Virus record (IMG/VR): IMGVR_UViG_3300028920_000031
Strand: one strand, 5' to 3'
Length of the DNA: 64,000 nucleotides
DNA from: an uncultured virus (IMG/VR IMGVR_UViG_3300028920_000031)
Taxonomy: Duplodnaviria; Heunggongvirae; Uroviricota; Caudoviricetes
The notes under the pieces were generated by a model, which was given only the letters and a program-made list of their open reading frames with translations, ran no database searches and was not told the DNA's origin. This document shows, in pieces, positions 47,838 through 59,800 of this stretch (its first letter is position 1; each line of letters starts with the position of its first letter). The translations under genes and the position numbers were made by a program.

Positions 47838-50800
47838 ATGTCCAGCTGGCTAGAGACGTTCGCGGCTCGGTCCTTAGAGGAAATCTTCGAAGATCTTGGC
47901 AGAGAGGAAGAGGAAATCCGTCTCGAAAAATCGTTGACGGGCATTCCTCCCGACATCGAAAAAATTCTGGACGACTACCGCAAAATAGGTTATTCGTACC
48001 AGATCAATGAGTCCGTTCTTGCCAATCCGCTGGTCCGCAAAAAAGTGGTTGACATCACCTCGGAGAGAACTAGGGAATCGCCGCTCAAGGTCTTTTTCCT
48101 CTCCGATTTGCTCTTAGACGCAGTACGTGAAGATCAGGCGTTCCAAGATCTGTTGTCCGAGCCGATTGCCCAGCTGATGCTGGACCTCAGGAACAATCCC
48201 GACGGCGAGAATCCCGAGGATCTGATTGAACGTCACGGTTTTGACAGGCCGCAGGAACAGCAGTACTACACCTTCTTCCAACGGCCTGACGAGGATGAGG
48301 CCGCGGAAGCGGAGCAGATGATATCCCGTGCCTTCGAGGTCGCCAAGCAAAGCTATGCGGAAGGCGAGGACGTCAGGGACATCTGCGAAGTCCAGAAGAT
48401 GCTCGACAGTGCGTGGGCCGACTATCTCGAGGGCGACATCCAGTCCAGATACGAAGAATTCCAGAATTTGCCAAGAACTCACTACTGGCACATGGAGCAA
48501 GATTATCCGATGACGTGGGAAGGTGAGGCTCGCGATCAGGCGGAAGAGGCATGGGACGAACTCGTATACGACAATCCTCCGGCGGTTTTTGAGCTACCTG
48601 AAATACTTCTCGAGAGATGGGGGCATTACGAAGAGCCGGACACTTGGATCGATTCCGAAGGCAACGAGCAAGTCAATTACCATTATAGTATCGGAAAGCT
48701 AATCGGCGATTATTGCGTTGAAAATCCAGACGAGACAACAGCGATGGCAAGGGATTTGGCACGGGTGGCCGACCAAGGCGAAACCGATATTTTCCTCAGG
48801 ACGATTATGGAGTCGGACGCATTCGGCTCCATGCTTTCCGAAATAAATCCGCGCCTGATTCAAAAAGCCGGCGACGCCCTGCGGAACCGCATGCTCGACT
48901 GGGTGACCGCCAGCCCCGAACGCGCGGAAGCCAACAGAGAAGTTCTGAACAACTTGGCCATAGGCATCGTCAAGGCGGCCACTGAAGAAGTCGCCGAACA
49001 TGAAAGACTGCGCTTGCCTAGAGAAGGGGAAGAAGTTTACGCCCTTGAAAGATTCATCGAGAGAATGCAGGGGCTCAGACGACAGGGGATTCCCGTGCCG
49101 TGGCCCGAAGACGAACTTCCGCAAACGCTGCAGCAGCTTCGAGACAGACTGCAGAACATAGTGCCTCGCGAAGTGTGGCTGCGCCGGCAAGAAAGGGAAC
49201 GACAGCGACGCCAGCAAGATGCCGAACTCGCTGAACAGGCCGCGGAAGCCGAGTCCGAAGAGGACCGGGAGTCCACCGAGTCCGAAGAGGACCAGGAGTC
49301 CGCCGAGGCCGCATCTAGGGCGTGGCTTGAAAAATGGGCGTCGAACAGCCGGCGAGCCAAGACTCTTTCCGTCGCCGACATAGGGCCGCGCTCAGTAACG
49401 GCCAGTTTCGACATTCCCGAAGACACAACATGGAATCTCGAGTTCCCGTTCGACTCCCGAAAGGTATCCGTATCCGCGCAAGAAGACTTTGCGGAAGCTT
49501 CGTTTGGCAGCCCCCGCAAGGCTTATCATGCAGTCATATGGCCCGAGAAATTCGCCGATGCCGCCGGACTGGAATCTGACGCTGAAATACTTGAGTTTTT
49601 AGAGGCCCTGTCGAGCATCAGAGATGCCGCGTCAAAATGCGGATCCGGAAATTTTCTGGGCGGAATCAGGACTGCGGCGAGATCGTTGGAAGATATTTTC
49701 GAGGAACTCGGCCAGCAAGAAGAGGAGATGAAACTTGAAAGACAACTTGCGGAACCGCCCGAAAGACAGCCGGCAGAGTTGCGGCCGCAAGCACCTCGGC
49801 CTCAATTCGAGCCTGAAAACGGTCGGGGAGAGGAGGACCGGCTGCTAGTCATCGGCTCGGATGCGGTATCCATAACGGAGTCAAATCGCCACGCGCAGTT
49901 GCAGTTCGACCCCCCCATGCTTGCGGCATATCTTCAGCAGTACGGGCTTCGCTACATGCAAATATGGCAGGCCGAGAACGATCTTGTGGAGATCGTCGTT
50001 GAAAAATTCGAAGATACTGAAGACATAATGGAGGCCATGGCCTATGCGTCGGACGGATTGCACATCGACGAATACGTCCGCAGTACGTTCGAACCGACGA
50101 ACTCGAGCTCCAGCGGCGGCTTAATAACTTTCCAGGCTACTCCCCCGAACGCCGTTCAGATTCGCCAAGATGTTGCGTGGGGGCCAAACGTCGGCTTGAT
50201 AGTTGAGGCGATGTGGCCGTCGGTCAACGGTTCCGAGCTTATTGCGCATCTGCCGCTTCTCGAACGTCTGTTTTCGCAGGCATACAACAGCAGGCTGATG
50301 ACGGTGGCGACGACGTCGCACAGCTTCCATCTGACAGTGGAAGGAAGCGACGATTTCGATGAAAGTTTTATGCAGGCAAACAGATTTAACAACCTGTTGC
50401 TGCGGGCGGTTCCCACCGTATACCGGGCGAGCATGGACGAGGCCGTCCAGACCCCCGGCGGCGAATGGCGAAGAATTCTTGTCATCACTTCGAACGCGAC
50501 TTGTCGGGCCGAGGGCTCGCTTTTGCAGGAAGGCGAAGATCGGCATGAGGCCCGCACAATCAGCCGCGACACTTTCATAGCCTTGGCAATGACGGATCAC
50601 GGGCTGGACGCCAGGGAAGTTAGACAGGAAGACAATATGCTAAGCTCCAGTTTGTTTGGCAGCAACGACCTCGAAGAAGACGAGTTCGGCAGGCGCGTAG
50701 AGGCATTTTGCAGGCATGTTGCGCAGGTCCTGCACATAGACGAGGCGTCATGGGGCGTCGGCGCACATCGCACTCAGGAACTTCCCGACGCCGAAGGGGA

Positions 50801-53800
50801 ACTTCATCCGTTCCATGCCGTCCACGTCTTTTTCGAAATGCCCGAAGGCGTCGTTCTTGTTGCGTCGGACGGCGACTCCGTTGAAAAGTTCGGCTCCCGC
50901 AGTCTGGAAGACATTTTCGACGAATTGGGCAAGCAGGAAGAGGAGGCGGAACTTGAGCGGCAGCTCAGCGAAAAGCCGTCTCGCGCAATTTCGGAACAGC
51001 CCGAAGAAAATCCTCCGGAACCCCGTCCGCCTTCCGGCGACAGTCGCGTCGGAGCGGATTATCCGCGAGACGCTTTGGCGTTCATAGCCGATACGGCCTT
51101 TTACAGAGACGCAAGAAGAAATAACAGAGTCGTCATTCGCACGGATCGTCTTCGACGTTTTTGCGAACAGGCGGGCTACGGATTCAGTTTTCTATATCCG
51201 GCTCCTGGCGAGCGCGTGCTGACGATTAGGCTGAGGAGCGCCCCCGGAGCTTGGGATGTTGCCGGTCTAGCCGAAATCATTGCCGAACAACCCGAAGTGG
51301 TGAGTGCTGATGTCGCCGCCCGTGTCGGGGAAGTCGTCGCCCTTTCAATTCATGTATACTCGGTTCCTCTTGTATATTCGGATTCCATTCTGGAAGATGA
51401 AGAAGACGAGAGCGGCGAAGATGAAAACCGCGAAATCAACCCGGCAAATGCGCGCGATTTGTTGGGTCTTGTCGACTCCGCCAACCTTATATTCGCGGCT
51501 CCGCCGTTCATCAACGACGGCCGCATCGTCCTGTATCTTGCGTCTCCCATGGAAGAGTCCGTGAATGAAAGGGACATGAGGGCGGAAGTCGTGAGGGAGC
51601 GCATATCCGAGGCCGAAGGGGTCGCCGGCGCGACAATGAACAGCACGCGGAGGGAGGCGGCGATCTACATTTCCTTCGACCAGGAGCACGTCCCGGAAGA
51701 GGTGGAGGAAAATCCGACGCCGATTCAGGTAGACTCCGACGGCATCCATTTCGCCCCTATGGAGCTGCAGCGCTTCCTGCTGTGGCACGGCATCCAGCTT
51801 GATATAAGCACGATCGAAGTGCGGGAGGAAGACGGAACGACCGAAATAACCTTCTTTGTCGACCGAACTTCCCATTTCATTCCCGAAGACCGAGTCGAAA
51901 ATGTCCTTTTCATAGCTATGAGCAGGTTCCGGAACTGGTATCCGTATCTCTTTGATGTCTCCATCACGCCCGACGGCTCGCTGCTCGACGTGGAGATTGC
52001 GACGAATGCCCGCATTTCTACAGAATGGTACCGAGCGGCCCCGTTAGGTGGCGAACCGTCGTCCGCAGAGTCAGAGGCCGGGGTAGCGTACGCAGACGAA
52101 ATTTTTTCGGTTCGCAACAGCAGGGTGGTCGTCGAACTGGCGGAGCTTTACGAGCTACTGGGAGATTACGGCTTTGACGTGCGGGGCGTCCCGCACGTCA
52201 GCAACGCCACTCTTTCGATCGGCATAATCCGTTTCGACGATCTTGCCGTTTCCGAAGATCGAGAAGATTTTGACCGCCAATTAGCATCTCTCCAACAGGT
52301 GCTCGAAACGTTTCCCGAAGTTCTCCAGGTTCGTTCCGACCGCGATCGTACCGGAGCACAAATGCAGCTTTTGCTTTCATCCCCTCCCTCTCTCCCAGAC
52401 ATGCCGCGGCCTCCTTTCTATGTCTCCTATGACGGAACAACCGCCATCGATACGGCAGCTCTTTCCGACCTGATGAGGCAGTATGGCTTGGAGGTTGTCT
52501 GCAGCGACCCCGTTGCCCGGGAAGACATCGTATTTCACAACAGCATCCGCGAAGTAAGTTGTGAAATTGTTACTTGGCCCCGCCGCTTGGACAATTACGA
52601 AGACAGGCACGAAATGGCCACAATGGCCGCCTTTCGGGCCGCCGGCGACCTGTGGCCTTCCAGAGTACATTGGAGCATCAACGGACAGGAAGACATGACC
52701 ATTGACTTTTTTGTCTTCTCTTCCGACAGGCCGCTTGATGCCAACACCCTTTCGGGCTGGCTCAGGACGGCCTCGGAACACGGCAGCCTTGAGGACATCT
52801 TCGAAGAGCTCGGAAAGCAGGAAGAAGAAATGGAGATTGAACGGCAGCTGGCAGAACTCGTGCCCCTCCCCGCCTTCGAGGACGACTCAGAAGATGCCGG
52901 ACCCGAATTCGAATCGGCGGCTCCCGATGTCGACGGGGATGATATAGAGTTCATGTTTGTGGGGCCGTACGCCGCCAATCTTGTCTATATTGACAGAGGA
53001 AATGTACAGCGAGTCGTTGTCGCCATTGACTTGATCCTTGTGAGCATAACGCCTGGCACAGTCGATTCGGCGATGCTTGTTGTGGACGCGCCTGCTGGCG
53101 ATTCTGAAACGCAAGCCACTCAGAAATTTGAGCGGCTGACCAGCATCCTTGCCGCTCATTCCTCAGTGCGTTATGTAAGTATTAGGAGCCAACAGGTGGT
53201 GAACAACTTGCATTGGCGCCAAACCGCCAGAATCAGATTCCCATCCCACTATATGTTTTTGGACGACGTTGAATTCAGTCGCGAACCGTTCGTGTCTGAT
53301 GGCCTCAACGTGCGCGTTTATGCCGGACGCCTCGCGTATCTTGCCGCGCTGTTCGAGCAATTGGAGCTTGTGGACATAAATGCCGAAGACTTTCTGATAA
53401 GGACCACGCTAATCCCGGTCAATCCCTTCGGCGAGGATCACGACTTCATGTATCGACTGACTCGGCTTGCGACTCGATGGGAGCGTTCTCCTTTCGTGTC
53501 CGACATTCGGGTTGAGTTCACTTCCGGCGACGACGAACAGGAACAAGGCACAATTTCAATGACAATGGATCGCCCGCCCGAAGTAGTTGGACGTCCAGAT
53601 TCGTTGCCCAGCATATCAGAGCGGGACGGCACCGCCTATGTCAGAGAACCCCTGATGATGCAGAGAGCTCTTCGGGATCATGGCATAGTCATAAGCCTGA
53701 CTTCTTGGCCGCACTCACATAGAATCGACATAAGCGCTCAGAATGCTCCCGGTTGGTCGACCGGAGAAAGTTTTCGCCAAAGGGTTTCTGATTTTGCCGA

Positions 53801-56800
53801 ATGGCTGTCCGAGGTTCCGGGCGTGCGCTGTCATGAAGGAACCGCTTTCCAGTACGATGAGGCCGGAGAAATCAATGGCTGTCAGCTTATCTTCCGTTTA
53901 AACGCCCCTCACGTCGTCGATCGCCAACGAACACGGTCAGGTTCTCCGGCCCGGGTAGCTTCGTTTTCCGGGTGGCTGAGACGCGCCGCATCTGGCGGCA
54001 GTCTCGAAGACATCTTCGAGGAGCTTGGAAGGCAGGAAGAGGAAATGGAGCTCGAACGGCAGCTGAACGCCCCGCCAGAATCGGCGGCCGAAGCGCCGAC
54101 GATGTCTCCCACATCAAACGATACGACGTCCGCCGTGCCTATTGAGGAGGTCATGGGGGTTGGAATCGAGGGGGTGCAAGCAACGAACACAATCTATGTC
54201 CGCGATCCCGCGCTGAGAAGGTATCTATACCATTTCGGGCTGGCCCTTGAGAGACGCCCATATTTGCGCGACAACGGACATATCATGCAATTTTCCGCCA
54301 TAACGCTTGCTCGTGGCGCCAGCGATCCCGAGCTTAATGAGCTGTACGCCGCAACGCAACGAGCCTCTTTTCAGATATTGCAAGAGATTGAGGGACTGCC
54401 CGAAAGAATACAGACAAGAGAAAGGTCGGTGCATTTGAACGGAGACCGTTATACGGTCGCCATGAAGTTCTATGTCCGCCGCAAATTCTTCGCGATCATT
54501 TCGAACGAGGCACCGTCGGCACAGCCGTTCAGAATGAATGAGTCGGGAGACGGAATAGACATCTTGGTTGCAATGCTGGCTCCGCGTTTTACGTCGCATC
54601 AGATGGAAATCGGCGGCCTGATCACCCGCACCATCGGGACACGCCACTATTTCAATTTTGCCGTGCAAAACCTTATTCCGCAATTTAGAAACGATGCGGC
54701 ATTCTACGAAGCATTACAAGAAATCATAGAACAGATCGGGCGGTTTACGGACTCGGCCCTTGTCGAGGAGAGCAGCGTACGGCCTTTCGAAGAGAATATT
54801 TGCACGGCGACATTCAGGCTTGCACATCCTGGGAACCTTGTCTGGCAGGAGGAACGCGCAGATGCTTCCGGCTGGCTCAGGACGGCCTCGGAACACGACA
54901 GTCTCGAGGACATCTTCGAGGAGCTTGGAAGGCAGGAAGAGGAAATGGAGATTGAACGGCAGCTGGCAGAACCCGTAGCTTCTCCGATTCCCGAAGTTGA
55001 AGAACCTGAAATGCGGGAGACGGAATTCTATGCGGAACAGGACATGCCAGGCCGCGTTCTTGTCTATGTAAACGCGCTGGACAGCCTGATAAGCCGCGTT
55101 GGCGGGGTCTTGCGGGGCATAGGCACTGGCGGCGAGCCCGGCGTACACGTCAGGGTCGCCCTTCCCGACGTGCAGCGGCTAGAGAATCTCGCCACTGATC
55201 TTGAACGGCCCGACGTCATCAGATCCGTAACCATTGTCAGCTCAGCATGGTTCAGGGACGAGCTTCTTGCGGTGTTGCGACTGGAAGTCCCGCATCCGAA
55301 CTGGATGATAGCCAATGTCGACGGCATGACGCGAAGACCCGGTTCCTTGTCGCCCATAAGCGACAGTCAGTTTGCCGCCATGAACTGGAGGCCGCGCGAC
55401 ACCGGAATATCGACTGCAGACAGATACTGGGGCACAAGTGAAGATGTGAACTTGTTGAAGACGGAAACGTTCCAAGAGTATCTGACAGATCGCGGCATGG
55501 CGCTTGTCAGCATTGACCACGACACCAGAGGCCACGCGGCGAGCACGTTTGACTTTCGCGTTATTCTTCTGGAGGCCGCCAGTAACCTGTCAGAGGAAGA
55601 GGGACTTGTGCAAGAGGTGTGCCGCGACCTGGAATTGGACGAGTCGGTCCGGCGGGTGGTACCGCAGGGCTGCGAGGACATCAACGGACGCTGCGTGTAC
55701 AGCGTGGCTCTTACCGGCGTTCGAAGCGACTGGCAGTTCGAGCGACAGGCCAATCATTTTTCCTGGATGCCGGACGAAATCCTGCAGGAAGGGCTCATGC
55801 CGCTAGATGCTGCAGCAGTTCGCGGACCGTCGCCGACAAACAGGGTCTATTGGAATCGCGACCTTCTCGCGGCGGATCTCGAAAATCGCGGTCTCGCGCT
55901 CACTTCCATCGAAGAAGGCGAACACGATACGGTCAAGATCAGCTTTCGCCCTCGCGGCGATGACGCTCCGACTCCGAACAGGTTCGCGGCGGACGTGGCG
56001 GCCACTCCTTGCGTCAGCGACATCGACGTTGAAACGCTTGGTCCTCCGAGTTCGGGTGGGTCGAACGAGGTTGAGCTAAATATATACTGCGATGCAAAAC
56101 CCGTCGTAGAGGAGGGGCGTCAGTATGAAGCCGAAGCTGCAAACGAGCCGATATATGCCGAGGCGATCGACGCTCCGCGGGTCACTGTTTCCGTTTCCGT
56201 CCTCCGTCAGATCGCCGCAGACGAGTCGGGAGACGCCGTCCTTCTCGAAGTTTCTGACCGTTTTCCGCAAGAGCGATCCCTGATTCTTGAGTTTTCAGCC
56301 GAAAGACATGCGACTTCCCGCAATGCCTTTAATGTCTATGGCAGGCAGATCTGCTGGAAACTTGGGAGGGCCCCTTATGTCGTGCAATGCGCGTTTAATC
56401 CCTTGGACACGTACAACGAGGAGGGCACTTGGCACAATAATGTCCGCATGGACCTGCTGAGACCGCCGCAAGTCGTTCGGGATACGGCCTACTGGAGAGG
56501 GGCGGCCACAACCGGGGAGTTCAGGACGGCCTCGGAACACGGCAGTCTCGAGGACATCTTCGAGGAGCTTGGAAGGCAGGAAGAGGAAATGGAGCTTGAA
56601 CGGCAACTGACAGAACCGGTCAATGTTTTGGACGGTACTGAAATGCCGGGTCCCGCCTCGTCCGAAATGCCGCCCCCAACATCGCCCACAATATCTCCAG
56701 TGCCGATTGAAGAAGTCATGGGCGTCGGCATCGAAGGCACTCGCCTGAGAAACACCATATACGTCCGCGTTCCGGCCCTGACCCGCTATCTTTCCTATAT

Positions 56801-59800
56801 GGGCCTCTATATGTCCAGACGTCCAGAAACTAGCGACAATGATCATCGGCTGTCATTTTCTGCGGTTTCGTTCAGCATGCGAAGATTCTTGGGCGATTTT
56901 CAAAATGTTTTCGAACAGATCCAGCACGACATGGAACGCAGCGAATTCGTTGCCGTAAGAGGATTGCATTTCTACCGTGACGACGACGGGCACGTTCGTC
57001 TCGACGTGGTGCTCGGTTCGAACGAGAAGTTTTTCTCGCTGAGCTCCAACGAAGCCCCTTCGGCGTACCCGTTCAGATACGATATTGCAAATGGCACAGT
57101 GCTGATTTTACCGGAAATGCTCGGCCCCAGATTCGCGGTGCGCCAAATGGTCATCGGCGATTTCTCGATTGTGGCCGACAGCATTGTCAATGCTGGCGAC
57201 GACGAGAACTCTCGTTACTTTAGGTTTACGATCACCAATGTCGCCCAGGAAATAGACGCCGAAGCATTTCTCAGAGACGTGCACGACATAGTTGCCGAAA
57301 TCGATATGATGGTCGATTCAGCGTTCGTGGCGGGGCATGCGGTGATTCCGCGATCGCAAAGGACCGCCGAAGCCGAATTCAGGCTCATGCAGGAAGGCCG
57401 CATTGTCTGGTCGGATGTGTTCGACGCCACTTCCTCCGCAACCGGATGGCTAAAGCGCGCCGCTTCCAGCGGCAGCCTCGAGGACATCTTCGAGGATCTC
57501 GGAAGGGAGGAAGAGGAAATGGAGACCGAACGGCAGCTGGCGGCACCGATGCCCGAGACATCCGAGGATCCCGAAGCGCCGGAGGCTGCCGAAATGCCAC
57601 GGGATGCGGATCAGAGCGAAGAGAATGCCATAGTCAGGACATTTTCTTTCGAGGAGAACGGCACAACAAGCGAATGGAAGCTGATCCTTCCCATAGACAG
57701 CGATCTCATGGAGATTAGAATAACGGAAGCGATCGGGACTCCCGAAGAGGATGAAGGCTCGGCTGGAACCTTCCGCGGTCCTGATTCGGTGTGCTACCAT
57801 TTGCTCTGGCCGCACCAGATAACTGACCAAATACGCTCGGAGTTTGACGTCGATCTTTTTGAATATTTGCAAGATCTTTTCCAAGTCAGGTCCGCGTCGG
57901 CACATGTGTTCGTCCCCGGGCCAGAAGGCTCGATTCAATATTCCGCGGACGCCATCAGGCTGTTCTTCTCGTTGTTTGGCATGTCCGTGTACGACATACG
58001 CATAGACGAGAGGTCGTACGGTCGCGAATGTCTGTCCGCCAGGTTGTTGGCCCCGCAGGAAGTTTTCGAACGCGAGCTGGCACATGTATTAAGCGGCCTG
58101 ACGGCCTCTTCGCTGGTGACGGATGTGAGGTGTGCCGGCGGTGTTCCGGCGGTCACAACCGATACTGTAGAAAGCAACATCTTCATTTTTCCGTCTAGGC
58201 CCTTGGCTCCGGAACACACGGGCTCTTTCTTGGGTGGCGTCAAAACCGCAAGCCTCGAAGACATCTTCGAGGATCTCGGAAGGGAGGAAGAGGAAATGGA
58301 GTTGGAGAGACAGCTTGGCGAGCCAATTGAGCCTCCGGTTGAACGGCCCTCAGCTTCTTTGTTGACGCCTTCCGATTTTTTGGAGGTCGATACGGACAAT
58401 GGCACAATCGATGTCGACGAAAATTTGCTTCGGACATATCTTGCGTCGGTTTTCGGGCTTGATATGGCGTCCGCAAACACGCTATTCAATGGAAATGCAC
58501 TGTGGATTCACGCGATTCCCGCCACAGAACAAACGGAAGCTTTTGTAACAGCGGCGAGGAACACGCTTGAAAGGGATTTCATGGCGGCCGAAGGCGTCCG
58601 GGCGGTCGACATAGATGTACGAGAAGCGGCAGCGGGCGTTGTTGACGCGGGCGTCTATATCACCGTGGGAGCTGGAGAACTGCGCTTCCTTCTCGAGTCG
58701 AGCGGTGCATTGCCGGCGCTTAATGCGGCCATTTTTAGCTTTCTTCCTGACGGACGAGCAAGAGCCGACAGAGACGCCCTTGAAACATATGTCCATCAGG
58801 CCGGCTTCGACCTCATAAACAGAAGAACGGAGGGCACGGAAAGCTTTCCCCGGCGTATCGGGCTGGATGTGGGCATGTCCGAAGTGGTGTTGCGCCGCGG
58901 AAACGACTTTTATACAAGAACCACGCAGCTTCGCGACGCTTTTATGGCTTGTCCGGCGGTGAATGCCGCCCAGCTTACGCTTCTCAATCCAAGAACGGAA
59001 GGATACAGACAGGCGAGCATGGTTCTGACGATTGCCGCTCCTCAGTCTCCTCCGCCGCCAGACGACAATATTGTCCGCCAAATATCGGAAAATGAGGTTC
59101 GCGTCGACGTCGTGGCATTCGGAGCGATGTTTATTTCGGAGGGAATGGATACCGACAGCTACCACCGGGGAGATGAAAACGACATTCTCACGTTTACTGT
59201 TGTGGACTTTACCGAAGGCAGAAGCGCCGCCGATTTCGAAATGGATCTGACAAATCTGCTGGCCAATTTTGTACAATCATATCAGAGCGTTGAAACCTTC
59301 GCAATCGACGAGGCCGAAGTTGAGCCTGCATACGAGAATTCGAGAAATGTCCGACTCTATTTCACTTGCGAATTCGATTTGTCGCCATCCGTTACGACGG
59401 ACGTTTCCGACGACGAAAGCATATTTTACCAGGCCCCAGGCATAGAAAATCCGTCGGCGGATGTCGAAGCGCTAAATCGATTTATTTCGCAGTACGATCT
59501 TTTCGTCGCGAGCGATATCAGATATGCACCGCCTAGCCATACGTTCGTTTTTGACGTGGCCACGAACGTCCGCGACGATGCACTTCTGCATTCGCTAGAT
59601 CCGGCAGACCAGGCCGTTGCACAGGAGAGGGCCGATTTCGACCACCGCGCATTGTCGGCGGCTGAAGGACTATCCGAACAAGTGGCGGGAGTGATAACCG
59701 CCCGCACCATCAGCAACAATATAAACTTGTCGCCATCCTCATCCATCCATGTAACGATCGATCCTGACGAGCTGGAGGCATCCGAGTGGCACCCTCTTCG

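Noticed and set aside
47871..58325. CRISPR array or integron cassette array
   Set aside because: Repeats are in-frame coding and non-palindromic, spaced 0.8-1.9 kb apart with no stops; no cas or integrase genes seen.
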